Notes: generated from the letters alone by a model not told the origin. A stretch of DNA of 64,000 bases from Candidatus Acidiferrales bacterium (GCA_035499615.1 DATJYM010000273.1:434-64433); one strand, 5' to 3'; numbered from the stretch's first letter, positions 45,409-54,778 are shown. Translations and numbers: made by a program.

Positions 45409-47490
45409 TTATTGCTCCACGCCGACCCGATAGAACCGGGTGTTGCCGGAGAGAACGGAGGTGTCGGTTAAGATATTGGTGGGCGCGGTTGCGGCGATAT
45501 TCGTGTTGATGGTGCTGAAGCCCGTAAGCAGGTTGGTGGAACGTGCCAACCAGTAAGTCTTTCCGGCCGTACTCGACCAACTGACCACGACGCCGCTGAG
45601 GTTGTTGGACACGATTGACGCCCGCAGAACCGATGCGGCATTCGTCGGATTCGTTCCCGCGATCCATTCCGCCAGATTACTCATGCCATCGTGGTCGGGG
45701 TCGGCGTTCGGATCCGTGCCAGTATAGTGGCCGAAAAACTCGAACTCCCACCAATCCGGCAGGCCATTGCCGTCGGTATCCACCATGCGCTGCAGATTCA
45801 ATCGCCGGCTGTTGTGCACCAGTCCTTGCAAACCCGGGATGACGTCTGCATTGGTTAGGATGCGTTGAACCCGCTGGGTCACGGTTTCGCTCGGAAAATT
45901 CATCGCCGCAAACGCAACCGCGCCGGACACGTGAGGCGTCGCCATCGAGGTGCCGTCCAGGTATTCATAAAGCCCGTGGACAACCGTGGCGGTGGCATTG
46001 GTCTGCAACGCCAGTCCGTCGGCCTGGGAAAGCGCGACGGCGGGAATCCAGCCATTGGTGCCCCCCAGCGTAAAACCGAAGGGACTGCCACTGGTGTTGT
46101 TATAAATGATGGCTGCCTTGGCGCCCGCCGCCATGGCATTGATGACCTTGTTGGAAAAAGTGAGCGTGCCGCGTTGAATCAAGGCAATATTGCCGTTCAC
46201 CGCCGCCGGAAAGTTCGTGGGATATCCCAGGCCACAAACATAGACTGTGGCGGTGAGGCCGGTCGTGATGCCGGAAAACTCCATGTCGTTGCCGCTATAA
46301 ATCGTGGAGCCCTGCTGGACCTGCGAATAAATAACACCCTCCGGCGCGATCCCCGGCACAATCGGTAGCAGGGAAAGGATGTTCGTGCCCGGTGCGCCCA
46401 GGTCCACTGTGTTGGTTCCAAAGTTCGAAAAAGATGCTAGGGCATCGTTTGGGTCTGTGGCCGCCACGACAATCATGTTGCCCAGTCGATAATCGGCCGG
46501 ATACGTCGGGGTGGTGTCATTGTCGCTGCTGTCGTTTCCGGCCGCGATGCAGAAGATGATCCCGGCGTTGCCGGCGGACACCATGGCGGCGCGCTCGGTG
46601 CTGTTTGACCCGCCGCCACCGAAAGATTCATTGATGGCGACAACATTAACACCTCGGCCCTTCATCATGGTGGCGTATTCAATGGCCGCGACGACGGCCG
46701 AATTGGGCAGTGAATTGCCATCGCTTGAAGCCCGGAGCGCCATGATTCTGGCCTGATAATCCACGCCAATCACGCCGATGGCATTGTTGCCAACCGCCGC
46801 GATGGTTCCAGCCACGTGCGTTCCGTGAAAACCAGAATCGATGGGTTCAGGCAGGTTGTCCGCGAAATCGTAACCGTAATAATCATCCACGTAGCCATCA
46901 TGATCGTCATCCACGCCATTATTGGGGATCTCGCCGGTGTTGGTCCACATGTTGGCGGCCAGGTCCGGGTGCCCATAATCCACGCCGGTATCAATCACCC
47001 CCACCACCGGCCGGTTGGTACTGGGCTGTTGGGCCAGCGCCCAGGCTGGAATAAAACGGATGTCATCTCCCGCCGTGCCCGAACTGCCGTTGATCATCTG
47101 GCCGGTGTTTTGCAGTGCCCACAGATTGGTGAACAGCATGTCATTGGGGGGCGCAGTGGAAATCCAGCGCAGGTAATTCGGTTCGGCCGTTTCCACGTCC
47201 GGGTCGTCTTTTAATTCAGCAATCAGTTGTGCCGTCGTCCGGTTATTCGCGTGCACCAAACCGGTTTGCTTGCCCCATTGGCGGGAAAATTCGGCGAAAT
47301 GTCTCCGCCATATCAGCGAATGACTGGCGAGCGCCTGTTCAGCGGTGGTCAGGTTGACCGACGATTTGAATGTGACGATGGCATCGCCTTCAACGTATTC
47401 CGTGGCTGGATGGCTTGGTCCCGCCCACGCAACGACCGTCAGACTCAACAGCGCGAGGACGGCAAACACTCCCTGAGAAAAGGTTTTCAT
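45409..47490 (-). CDS. secreted subtilisin-like (S8) serine protease with PA-like insert, Asp-rich calcium-type repeats and an extra C-terminal module
   Basis: Catalytic triad motifs GVIDTGVDYGHPDL, HGTHVAGTIAA and GTSMATPHVSGA. Start trimmed to the ATG at 47490 (MKTFSQGVFAVLALLSLTVVAWA, a signal peptide). DTDGNGLPDWWE / DPNADPDHDG repeats. The C-terminus ends in RFYRVGVEQ. Confidence 0.88.
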   Translation of the reverse strand: MKTFSQGVFAVLALLSLTVVAWAGPSHPATEYVEGDAIVTFKSSVNLTTAEQALASHSLIWRRHFAEFSRQWGKQTGLVHANNRTTAQLIAELKDDPDVETAEPNYLRWISTAPPNDMLFTNLWALQNTGQMINGSSGTAGDDIRFIPAWALAQQPSTNRPVVGVIDTGVDYGHPDLAANMWTNTGEIPNNGVDDDHDGYVDDYYGYDFADNLPEPIDSGFHGTHVAGTIAAVGNNAIGVIGVDYQARIMALRASSDGNSLPNSAVVAAIEYATMMKGRGVNVVAINESFGGGGSNSTERAAMVSAGNAGIIFCIAAGNDSSDNDTTPTYPADYRLGNMIVVAATDPNDALASFSNFGTNTVDLGAPGTNILSLLPIVPGIAPEGVIYSQVQQGSTIYSGNDMEFSGITTGLTATVYVCGLGYPTNFPAAVNGNIALIQRGTLTFSNKVINAMAAGAKAAIIYNNTSGSPFGFTLGGTNGWIPAVALSQADGLALQTNATATVVHGLYEYLDGTSMATPHVSGAVAFAAMNFPSETVTQRVQRILTNADVIPGLQGLVHNSRRLNLQRMVDTDGNGLPDWWEFEFFGHYTGTDPNADPDHDGMSNLAEWIAGTNPTNAASVLRASIVSNNLSGVVVSWSSTAGKTYWLARSTNLLTGFSTINTNIAATAPTNILTDTSVLSGNTRFYRVGVEQ

Positions 47491-47595
47491 CAAAGTTAAA
47501 GTAATTGTGACAATCATAGCACCTTTGATGCCCAACGGCAAAAAACAACACGCGAGGCTGGACGTGCTTCCGGTCCTGCCCCGGTTCAATTTCAT

Positions 47596-47793
47596 TCAGT
47601 CTCCGTCCGATTCAAAAATCTCTTCGATGGATAGCTTGAACAAGCGCGCCGCCTTGAACGCCAGCTGCAAGCTTGGATCGTATCTCTCGGTCTCGATGGC
47701 GTTCACGGTCTGACGCGAGACGCCAAGCTGGTCCGCTAGATCGGATTGTGACCATTGCCTGGCCGCACGCAGTTCGCGCAACTTGTTTTTCAT
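47596..47793 (-). CDS. XRE-family helix-turn-helix transcriptional regulator (65 aa)
   Basis: MKNKLRELRAARQWSQSDLADQLGVSRQTVNAIETERYDPSLQLAFKAARLF. ATG at 47793, overlapping the stop of the upstream membrane gene by 4 nt. Confidence 0.85.
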   Translation of the reverse strand: MKNKLRELRAARQWSQSDLADQLGVSRQTVNAIETERYDPSLQLAFKAARLFKLSIEEIFESDGD

Positions 47794-48230
47794 CTGTAGC
47801 GGCGATTGAAAATGGTCTGACCCAGGATGTAAAAGCAAACCACCAGCCAGATAATCACAAAGCCGGCCGTCGCGTGGAAATGGGCAGGTATCACGCCTGC
47901 CGTAACCAGGAAATGCAGAGCGGCAACGACAAAGAGGGTCGCTACGGTCGCGAATAGACAGGCGGCGATAGTGATGCGACGATGCAATTCGTCCATGCCA
48001 CGGACCCATCCCGCCACGCTCCGCACCCAGAGCAAACTCGCCACCAGCGGAACCAGGGCGATGACCGTCCGTAAGGCAACCGGCCAGTCTGTGTGATGCG
48101 GGAGCAACCAGCATTCGCCCGCGAAAGAGCTCAGTACGGCCGCCCAACACCAGCCGTTCACTTTCATTTCCGTCCGGAAGGAATAATATTTCCCGGGCGC
48201 AAGTTCTTCAGGGGTGTTCGGTCTATTCAT
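47790..48230 (-). CDS. small integral membrane protein co-transcribed with the XRE regulator
   Basis: 146 aa with about 4 hydrophobic helices. Overlaps the regulator gene through ATGA. Confidence 0.65.
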   Translation of the reverse strand: MNRPNTPEELAPGKYYSFRTEMKVNGWCWAAVLSSFAGECWLLPHHTDWPVALRTVIALVPLVASLLWVRSVAGWVRGMDELHRRITIAACLFATVATLFVVAALHFLVTAGVIPAHFHATAGFVIIWLVVCFYILGQTIFNRRYR

Positions 48231-48237
48231 ACGGGGT

Positions 48238-48281
48238 AATGTAAAGCATAATTTACATTATGTCAAGCATTCTTTACATTG
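48238..48281. promoter_or_regulatory. two adjacent 22-bp palindromic operator-like sites upstream of the membrane-XRE operon
   Basis: AATGTAAA-gcataa-TTTACATT (48238-48259), then TATGTCAA-gcattc-TTTACATT (48259-48280). The first site begins 8 nt upstream of the ATG at 48230. Confidence 0.55.
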
Positions 48282-48426
48282 TAATTTGAGCCAAAACACG
48301 AGGTTGCCGCTGAAGGGAACGGAGCGCGGATGTCCCACCCGCACCAGTCTGGATTGCCGAATGAGCGTCGGGAAATTCTATCGATTTCAGGTTATCGCAC
48401 CCGCTGCGGCCGGGACAACCGCGCAC

Positions 48427-48461
48427 CAAAAAAACGAGGCTGGAATTGCTTCCAGCCTCGT
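48427..48461 (-). terminator. rho-independent terminator of groEL
   Basis: The 11-bp stem acgaggctgga/tccagcctcgt is followed on the minus strand by a run of 7 T. A second GC hairpin gggacggcc-tggcg-ggccgtccc lies at 48478-48500. Confidence 0.88.
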
Positions 48462-48522
48462 TTGTAATGCGTTGGTAGGGACGGCCTGGCGGGCCGTCCC
48501 AATGGGAGGGCGGAACCTCCGC

Positions 48523-50163
48523 TTAATAATCCATTCCGCCCATGCCGCCGCCACCGCCACCGGGCATCGGGGCCGGCTTTTCCTTCTCCGGAATTTCCGT
48601 GATCAGGCATTCGGTCGTGAGCAGCAGACCGGCGATCGACGCCGCGTTTTGCAGCGCGGTGCGCGTGACCTTCTTCGGGTCCACAATGCCGGCCTTCACG
48701 AGGTCTTCGTACTCGTTGGTGGCCACATTGTAGCCTTCGTTGCCCTTGCGTTTCTTGACTTCCTCGACGATGACGGAGCCTTCCACGCCCGCGTTGTCCG
48801 CGAGCGAACGGAGCGGCGATTCGATGGCGCGCTTCACAATGTCCACGCCAATCTTTTCGTCTTCGTTTGCGCCCTTGACCCCTTCAATGGCGCTCAGGCA
48901 GCGCAGCAACGCCACGCCACCGCCGGCCACAATGCCTTCCTCGACCGCCGCGCGGGTCGCGTGCAGCGCGTCTTCCACGCGGGCTTTCTTTTCCTTCATC
49001 TCGGTCTCGGTCGCGGCACCGACGTTGATGACGGCCACGCCGCCGGCGAGTTTCGCCAGGCGTTCCTGCAATTTCTCGCGGTCGTAATCGCTCGTCGTCT
49101 CCTCGATCTGGCGGCGGATTTGATTCACGCGGCCCTGGATGTCAGACGACTTGCCGCCGCCTTCGACGATGGTGGTGTTTTCCTTGTCCACCACGATGCT
49201 CTTGGCGCGGCCGAGGTCGGCCAATTCAATGCTCTCCAGCTTGATGCCGAGGTCTTCGCTGATGAACTTGCCGCCGGTGAGGACGGCGATGTCTTCGAGC
49301 ATGGCCTTGCGGCGGTCGCCGAAGCCCGGCGCCTTCACGGCGCAGACGTTCAGCGTGCCGCGCAGTTTGTTCACGACCAGCGTGGCGAGCGCTTCGCCCT
49401 CGACTTCTTCGGCGATGATGAGCAGTGGCTTGCCTGAGCGCGCGGCCTTTTCGAGCAACGGCAACAGGTCCTTCAAGCTGCTGATTTTCTTTTCGTAATT
49501 AAGGATGTAAGCGTCTTCGAGCTTGGCTTCCATCGTCTCGGCGTTGGTGACGAAATAAGGCGAGAGGTAGCCCTTGTCGAACTGCATGCCTTCGACGACT
49601 TCGAGCGTCGTCTCAATGGACTTGGCTTCCTCGACCGTGATCGTGCCGTCCTTGCCGACCTTGTCCATCGCCTCGGCGATTTTGTCGGCAATTTCGAAAT
49701 CCCAGTTCGCGGAAACCGCGGCCACCTGGCGGATTTCGTCCTTGTCCTTCACCTTCTTTGTGATTTTGTCGAGCTGGCCCACGGCGGCCTCGACGGCCTT
49801 GTTGATGCCGCGCTGAATGCCGATGGGATTGCCGCCGGACGTGACGAATTTCAGGCCTTCGCGGTAAATGGATTCCGCGAGCACTGTGGCCGTCGTCGTG
49901 CCGTCGCCGGCGGTGTCGCTGGTTTTGCTGGCGACTTCGCGCACCATCTGTGCGCCCATGTTTTCGTAGGAATCTTCCAGCTCGATTTCCTTGGCCACCG
50001 TCACACCGTCCTTGGTGATGGTCGGGGAGCCGAATTTCTTGTCAATGACCACGTTGCGGCCTTTGGGGCCGAGCGTGGCGACGACCGCCTTGGAGAGCTT
50101 CTGCACGCCGCGCAAAATCGCCTGCCGCGCCTGCTCGTCAAATATCAATTGTTTTGCTGCCAT
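48523..50163 (-). CDS. groL: chaperonin GroEL
   Basis: 546 aa. Contains [15 protein letters not shown] and the C-terminal [12 protein letters not shown]. Confidence 0.97.
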   Translation of the reverse strand: MAAKQLIFDEQARQAILRGVQKLSKAVVATLGPKGRNVVIDKKFGSPTITKDGVTVAKEIELEDSYENMGAQMVREVASKTSDTAGDGTTTATVLAESIYREGLKFVTSGGNPIGIQRGINKAVEAAVGQLDKITKKVKDKDEIRQVAAVSANWDFEIADKIAEAMDKVGKDGTITVEEAKSIETTLEVVEGMQFDKGYLSPYFVTNAETMEAKLEDAYILNYEKKISSLKDLLPLLEKAARSGKPLLIIAEEVEGEALATLVVNKLRGTLNVCAVKAPGFGDRRKAMLEDIAVLTGGKFISEDLGIKLESIELADLGRAKSIVVDKENTTIVEGGGKSSDIQGRVNQIRRQIEETTSDYDREKLQERLAKLAGGVAVINVGAATETEMKEKKARVEDALHATRAAVEEGIVAGGGVALLRCLSAIEGVKGANEDEKIGVDIVKRAIESPLRSLADNAGVEGSVIVEEVKKRKGNEGYNVATNEYEDLVKAGIVDPKKVTRTALQNAASIAGLLLTTECLITEIPEKEKPAPMPGGGGGGMGGMDY

Positions 50164-50171
50164 AATCTTAA

Positions 50172-50203
50172 GTTGATGGTTGAATGTTAAATGTTGAGAG
50201 TTT
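50172..50203. repeat. 7-nt-period array filling the groES-groEL spacer
   Basis: In mRNA sense it reads ctcaaca tttaaca ttcaacc atcaact taagatt ATG. Confidence 0.75.
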
Positions 50204-50205
50204 TA

Positions 50206-50499
50206 TCAGTCGAGCACGGCCAGGATATCGTCCGAGGACAAAATCTTGTATTCCTTGCCGTCAATCTTGATTTCTGTGCCGCCGTATTTGGAGACCAGCA
50301 CGCGGTCGCCCTTTTTGACTTCAAACGGAATTTTCTTTCCGTCGTCGTTGGTTTTGCCGGTGCCGAGGGCGACAATGATGCCCTCCTGCGGCTTTTCCTT
50401 GGCGGTATCGGGAATGATGATGCCGCCCTTCTTAACCTCTTTTTCTTCGACCGGCTCGACCAGGATGCGGTCGCCGATCGGTTTCACGTTTAGTGCCAT
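50206..50499 (-). CDS. groS: co-chaperonin GroES
   Basis: [21 protein letters not shown]...[16 protein letters not shown]. Start trimmed to this Met. Confidence 0.95.
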   Translation of the reverse strand: MALNVKPIGDRILVEPVEEKEVKKGGIIIPDTAKEKPQEGIIVALGTGKTNDDGKKIPFEVKKGDRVLVSKYGGTEIKIDGKEYKILSSDDILAVLD

Positions 50500-50600
50500 A
50501 GTTTTGTTTTTGTTTTGTTTGAGTTGGTTACTGTAATCAAATCCCACCGCACCCGCGATGGGAAAATGTATGGTAATGTTCGCGCGCGGCGTCCCTGGCC

Positions 50601-52544
50601 TCACTTCTTCTCGTCCACGACTTCCGCGTCAATCACGCCTTCGTCCTTTTTCTTGTCGTCGGACTGGGCTTCACCCTTCGGCTCGCCGCCCGATGGGCCG
50701 GCGCCCTGCGCCTTTTCCGCCTGCGCCTTCGCGGCGGCGGCCTTGTAAAGCTCCGCGCTCGCAGCCTGCCACGCTTCGTTCAGCTTCTCAGAGGCGGATT
50801 TGATGGCGCCGGCATCGCTGCCTTTCAATGCTTCCTTCACTTCCGCGACGGCTTTTTCAATCTTCGCCTTGTCGTCGCCGGTCATCTTGTCGCCGGTGTC
50901 CTTGAGCATTTTCTCGGAGCGATACACCGCGCTGTCGGCCTCGTTGCGCGTCTCGACCTCCTCACGCTTGGCCTTGTCCTCGTCGGCGTGGGATTCTGCG
51001 TCCTTGCGCATCTTCTCGATTTCATCCTTCGAGAGGCCGCTGCTGGCAGTGATGGTGATCTTCTGTTCCTTGCCCGTGCCGAGGTCCTTGGCGGCCACGT
51101 GCAGGATGCCGTTGGCGTCGATGTCAAACGTCACCTCGATCTGCGGCACGCCGCGCGGAGCCGGCGGAATGTCAGTGAGCTGAAACTTGCCGATGGTCTT
51201 GTTGTCCTTGGAAAACTGGCGTTCGCCCTGCAATACGTGCACTTCCACGCCCGGCTGGTTGTCCGAGGCGGTGGAGAAAATTTCCGATTTGCGGGTCGGG
51301 ATGGTCGTATTGCGCTCGATGAGCCGCGTGAACACGCCGCCGAGTGTCTCGATGCCGAGAGACAATGGCGTTACGTCCAACAGGAGAACATCCTTCACTT
51401 CGCCCTTGAGCACACCGCCCTGAATGCCGGCGCCAACGGCGACGACTTCGTCCGGGTTCACGCCCTGGTGCGGTTGTTTATTGACGAGCGTTCTGGCGAC
51501 TTCCACCACGCGCGGCATACGGGTCATACCGCCGACGAGCACCAGCTCGTCAATCTTCGCGGCTTCGATGCCGGCATCCTTCAAACAGGCCTTGACCGGC
51601 TTGATGGTGCGCTCGAATAAATCGTCGCACAGTTGTTCCATCTTTGCGCGAGTGAGCGTCTTCTGGATGTGCTTCGGCCCGCTGGCGTCCGCCGTGATGA
51701 ACGGCAGGTTGAGGTCGTATTGCTGCGCAGATGACAGGGCGATTTTCGCCTTTTCGGCCTCTTCCTTGATGCGTTGGAGCGCGTCGGGCTGCTTGCGCAA
51801 GTCCATGCCGCTGTCCTTTTTGAATTCGTCAAGGATCCAATCCATCAGGCGACCGTCCCAGTCGTCACCACCCAGGTGCGTGTCGCCGTTTGTAGCTTTG
51901 ACTTCGAACACGCCATCGCCGATTTCCAGCACGGAAATGTCGAACGTACCGCCACCCAAATCGTAAACCGCGATCTTTTCGTCCTTCTTTTTGTCGAGGC
52001 CGTAGGCGAGCGACGCTGCGGTCGGCTCGTTGATGATGCGGAGCACTTCCAGCCCCGCGATTTTGCCGGCGTCCTTGGTGGCCTGGCGCTGGGAATCGTT
52101 GAAATAGGCGGGAACGGTGATGACGGCCTGCGTGATTTTTTCGCCAAGGCGCATTTCGGCGTCAGCCTTCAGCTTGGCCAGGATCATCGCGGAAATTTCT
52201 GGCGGCGAATAGCGGGTGGTCTTTCCATCCGCTTCCACCTCGACAGCAGCGTCGCCGTTGGACGCCTTCACGACCTTGTACGGCACGCGTTTGATTTCTT
52301 CCTGGACCTCGTCAAATTTGCGGCCCATGAAGCGTTTGATGGAATAGACGGTATTGCGCGAGTTGGTGACGGCCTGGCGCTTGGCGGCCTCGCCGACGAG
52401 GCGCTCGCCGTTTTTGGTGAACGCGACAACACTGGGCGTGGTACGTTTTCCCTCGGAATTCTCAAGGACAAGCGGTTCGCCGCCTTCCATGACGGCCATG
52501 CAGGAGTTCGTGGTTCCCAAATCAATACCTAATACTTTTGCCAT
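50601..52544 (-). CDS. dnaK: molecular chaperone DnaK (Hsp70)
   Basis: 647 aa. Motifs [13 protein letters not shown] and [14 protein letters not shown]. Confidence 0.97.
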   Translation of the reverse strand: MAKVLGIDLGTTNSCMAVMEGGEPLVLENSEGKRTTPSVVAFTKNGERLVGEAAKRQAVTNSRNTVYSIKRFMGRKFDEVQEEIKRVPYKVVKASNGDAAVEVEADGKTTRYSPPEISAMILAKLKADAEMRLGEKITQAVITVPAYFNDSQRQATKDAGKIAGLEVLRIINEPTAASLAYGLDKKKDEKIAVYDLGGGTFDISVLEIGDGVFEVKATNGDTHLGGDDWDGRLMDWILDEFKKDSGMDLRKQPDALQRIKEEAEKAKIALSSAQQYDLNLPFITADASGPKHIQKTLTRAKMEQLCDDLFERTIKPVKACLKDAGIEAAKIDELVLVGGMTRMPRVVEVARTLVNKQPHQGVNPDEVVAVGAGIQGGVLKGEVKDVLLLDVTPLSLGIETLGGVFTRLIERNTTIPTRKSEIFSTASDNQPGVEVHVLQGERQFSKDNKTIGKFQLTDIPPAPRGVPQIEVTFDIDANGILHVAAKDLGTGKEQKITITASSGLSKDEIEKMRKDAESHADEDKAKREEVETRNEADSAVYRSEKMLKDTGDKMTGDDKAKIEKAVAEVKEALKGSDAGAIKSASEKLNEAWQAASAELYKAAAAKAQAEKAQGAGPSGGEPKGEAQSDDKKKDEGVIDAEVVDEKK

Positions 52545-52677
52545 AAAATCGTTCTGGTTGAAGACAATGTCTCACCTGCTTCCAAGCAATGACGGTGCCG
52601 CGGCGTTAAAAATCGTATAAACCGTTATTAATAAAAGATTAAATGACTGCTCAGCCTGAAATAGGGCACGCTGAAAA

Positions 52678-52729
52678 CTGTGCCAAAAGCGCCACAATGG
52701 CACAGACTTGTGGGCCATTTGGCACTGTG
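52678..52729. promoter_or_regulatory. palindrome CTGTGCCA-N12-TGGCACAG plus a third TTGGCACTGTG half-site in the dnaK upstream region
   Basis: ctgtgcca lies at 52678-52685, tggcacag at 52698-52705, and ttggcactgtg at 52719-52729. The sites are 134-185 nt upstream of the dnaK ATG. Confidence 0.4.
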
Positions 52730-52803
52730 TCGGGGCATGGGGGGCACGGCCTCGACAGTACCCGGAATTCGGGGCAGCGACGAGGCGCTGCCCACCACCG
52801 GAC

Positions 52804-53370
52804 TTATTTGCTACCCGGCTTGACGGCGGGCGTCTCGGCCAGGTCGGGCGGGAGTTTGTCCGGTTCGAAGACCTCGACTTTGAGTGAAATCAGGTTGGCG
52901 AACGGCACACCGAAACTGACCGCGCCGTTGGAACGGTCCACAATCGCCGCGATGCCGGTCACGTGACCCTGATGGGCACGGACGATATCGATCGTTTCCT
53001 GCACGCGGCCGCCTTTGGTGACCACGTCCTCGACCACGAGCATTTTTTCGCCGGGCGCAATTTTGAATCCACGGCGCAGGACCAGTTTGCCTTCCTCTTT
53101 TTCGGGAAAGATGAACCGCACGCCGAGCTGCCGGGCGACTTCCTGGCCGATGACCAGTCCGCCGAGCGCCGGGGCAATGACCGTGACCGCGCCGAGGGGG
53201 CGGGTTTTTTCGGCGAGCGCCGCGCCGAGTTTTTCGACCGTGGGCATTTGCTGGAGGGCCAACGCACATTGGAAGAACTGACGGCTGTGCAGGCCGCTGC
53301 GGAGAATGAAATGGCCTTCGAGCAACGCGCCGGTGTCGCGGAAAATCTGGAGAACTTCATCCTGTGTCAT
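52804..53370 (-). CDS. pyrE: orotate phosphoribosyltransferase
   Basis: 188 aa with the PRPP-binding motif MLVVEDVVTKGGRVQE. Confidence 0.9.
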   Translation of the reverse strand: MTQDEVLQIFRDTGALLEGHFILRSGLHSRQFFQCALALQQMPTVEKLGAALAEKTRPLGAVTVIAPALGGLVIGQEVARQLGVRFIFPEKEEGKLVLRRGFKIAPGEKMLVVEDVVTKGGRVQETIDIVRAHQGHVTGIAAIVDRSNGAVSFGVPFANLISLKVEVFEPDKLPPDLAETPAVKPGSK

Positions 53371-53384
53371 CGGGCGGATTCTAA

Positions 53385-53417
53385 GATCAAAGTTCGAAGT
53401 TCAAAGTTCAAAATGTT
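53385..53417. repeat. 7-nt-period array (AAGTTCA/AAGTTCG) in the pyrE leader
   Basis: In mRNA sense it reads ttgaact ttgaact tcgaact ttgatct tagaatc, then cgcccg ATG. Confidence 0.8.
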
Positions 53418-53490
53418 GCAGGAGCCGACGTCCCGAGGCTCAAGTCGCAAAATTAAGAGACTCCTTACGTCGTCTCCTACAATTTTTTCT
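53416..53490 (+). repeat. 70-nt hairpin element, copy B, followed by a T-run
   Basis: ttgcaggagccgacg (53416-53430) pairs with cgtcgtctcctacaa (53468-53482) with two mismatches, followed by tttttt. It aligns to the reverse complement of copy A. Confidence 0.8.
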
Positions 53491-53525
53491 CGGTGTCTTC
53501 ACGTCTCTGCGGGTAATCTCCCGCG

Positions 53526-54185
53526 GTGCCGAAGTGGCTCAAGTTCATCATTGGCGTCCTGTTGCTGCCGGTCTGTGCCGGGGCGGCGATGGCCTTGTGG
53601 CGGGTGCTGCACGCCAGCTACGGCGCGGATACGGTCTGGGTGCCGTCGCTGGCCGGCGCGGCTTGCTGGCTGGTGATTTTTCTGCTGTTACCCAAGCCGA
53701 TGTGGATTTATGTGTTCGGCCACGAACTGACGCATGCGCTGTGGGTCTGGCTCTTTGGCGGCCGGGTCAAAAAAATGAAGGTCACTTCCGACGGCGGCCA
53801 CGTGGTCATCTCCAAAACCAATTTTCTGATCGCACTCGCGCCGTATTTTTTTCCGCTATATGCGGTGCTGGTCATCGCGGTATTTGCCATCGGCCGTTTG
53901 ATTTGGGACTGGCGCAGCGGTCTCGTCTGGTTTCACCTGCTGGTCGGCGCGGCGTACGCGTTTCATGTGACGCTGACCTGGCACGCTTTGAAGACGCGGC
54001 AAACGGATATAACCTCGCAAGGTTATCTGTTTTCCGGGGTGGTCATATTTCTCGGCAACGTCAGTGTGCTGTTGTTTGGCGTTCCGTTGCTGACGGCGAA
54101 AGTAGGTCCTCTCAATGTGTTGGGTTGGTGGTTTCAAAGCACGGGGGAAGTTTTCCACCGGCTGGCGCGATGGTTCTTAATATAA
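53526..54185 (+). CDS. membrane protein with an HExxH motif (M50-like/zincin-like putative metalloprotease)
   Basis: 219 aa with about 6 hydrophobic helices and GHELTHALW in the second helix region. Non-ATG start at 53526 (GTG). Confidence 0.55.
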   Translation: MPKWLKFIIGVLLLPVCAGAAMALWRVLHASYGADTVWVPSLAGAACWLVIFLLLPKPMWIYVFGHELTHALWVWLFGGRVKKMKVTSDGGHVVISKTNFLIALAPYFFPLYAVLVIAVFAIGRLIWDWRSGLVWFHLLVGAAYAFHVTLTWHALKTRQTDITSQGYLFSGVVIFLGNVSVLLFGVPLLTAKVGPLNVLGWWFQSTGEVFHRLARWFLI

Positions 54186-54253
54186 TCCGGACGAGGCAGC
54201 ATTTCTCGCTTGTGAAATGACGGCAGTCTGGTTCAAATTGCCGGCAACACGGT

Positions 54254-54718
54254 ATGGATTTAGGCGACATTTTAAGCAAGGCACAGATCATCCCTGATTT
54301 GCGCGGGGCAAACCGGTGGGAAGCCATTGACGAACTGATTGGCAATCTGGTGGCCACCGGCAAGATTCAGGCCGGCGACCAGGACGCCGTGACCGCCGCC
54401 GTGAAAAAGCGTGAGACGTCCATGAGCACCGGCATTGGATTCGGCATCGGCATTCCGCACGCATCGACCGATCTGATTCACGAAGTTGTCGGCGCGCTGG
54501 GCCGCTCCAAAAAAGGGGTCAACTTTGACGCTCTCGACAACCAGCCGGTCAAGCTCGTCATGCTCTTCCTCGTGCCGCAGGGACAATTTCAAAAACATCT
54601 TCACACGCTCGCCAATATCGCCAAACTTCTCCACAAAGCTGATTTCCGCCAGGCGCTTGAGCAGGCGCCGGACGCCGAGGCGATGCTCAACATCATCAAG
54701 GAATATGGAAAGAAGTAG
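54254..54718 (+). CDS. ptsN: PTS IIA-type nitrogen regulatory protein (PtsN-like)
   Basis: 154 aa. The phosphorylatable His lies in GIGFGIGIPHAS, and the overall pattern is EIIA(Ntr/Fru). Confidence 0.8.
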   Translation: MDLGDILSKAQIIPDLRGANRWEAIDELIGNLVATGKIQAGDQDAVTAAVKKRETSMSTGIGFGIGIPHASTDLIHEVVGALGRSKKGVNFDALDNQPVKLVMLFLVPQGQFQKHLHTLANIAKLLHKADFRQALEQAPDAEAMLNIIKEYGKK

Positions 54719-54778
54719 TGGCAGGGTCATCGCGCTGAGATGACCGGACGCCGCGGCGCGGCGTCCCCACCTTGAAAA

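Noticed and set aside
52690-52705. Sigma-54 promoter for dnaK (TGGCACAGTTTTCAGC on the minus strand)
   Set aside because: The -12 GC is displaced by one nucleotide and the TTGC core is missing. It is kept only as an alternative explanation within the dnaK-leader finding, not called as a promoter.
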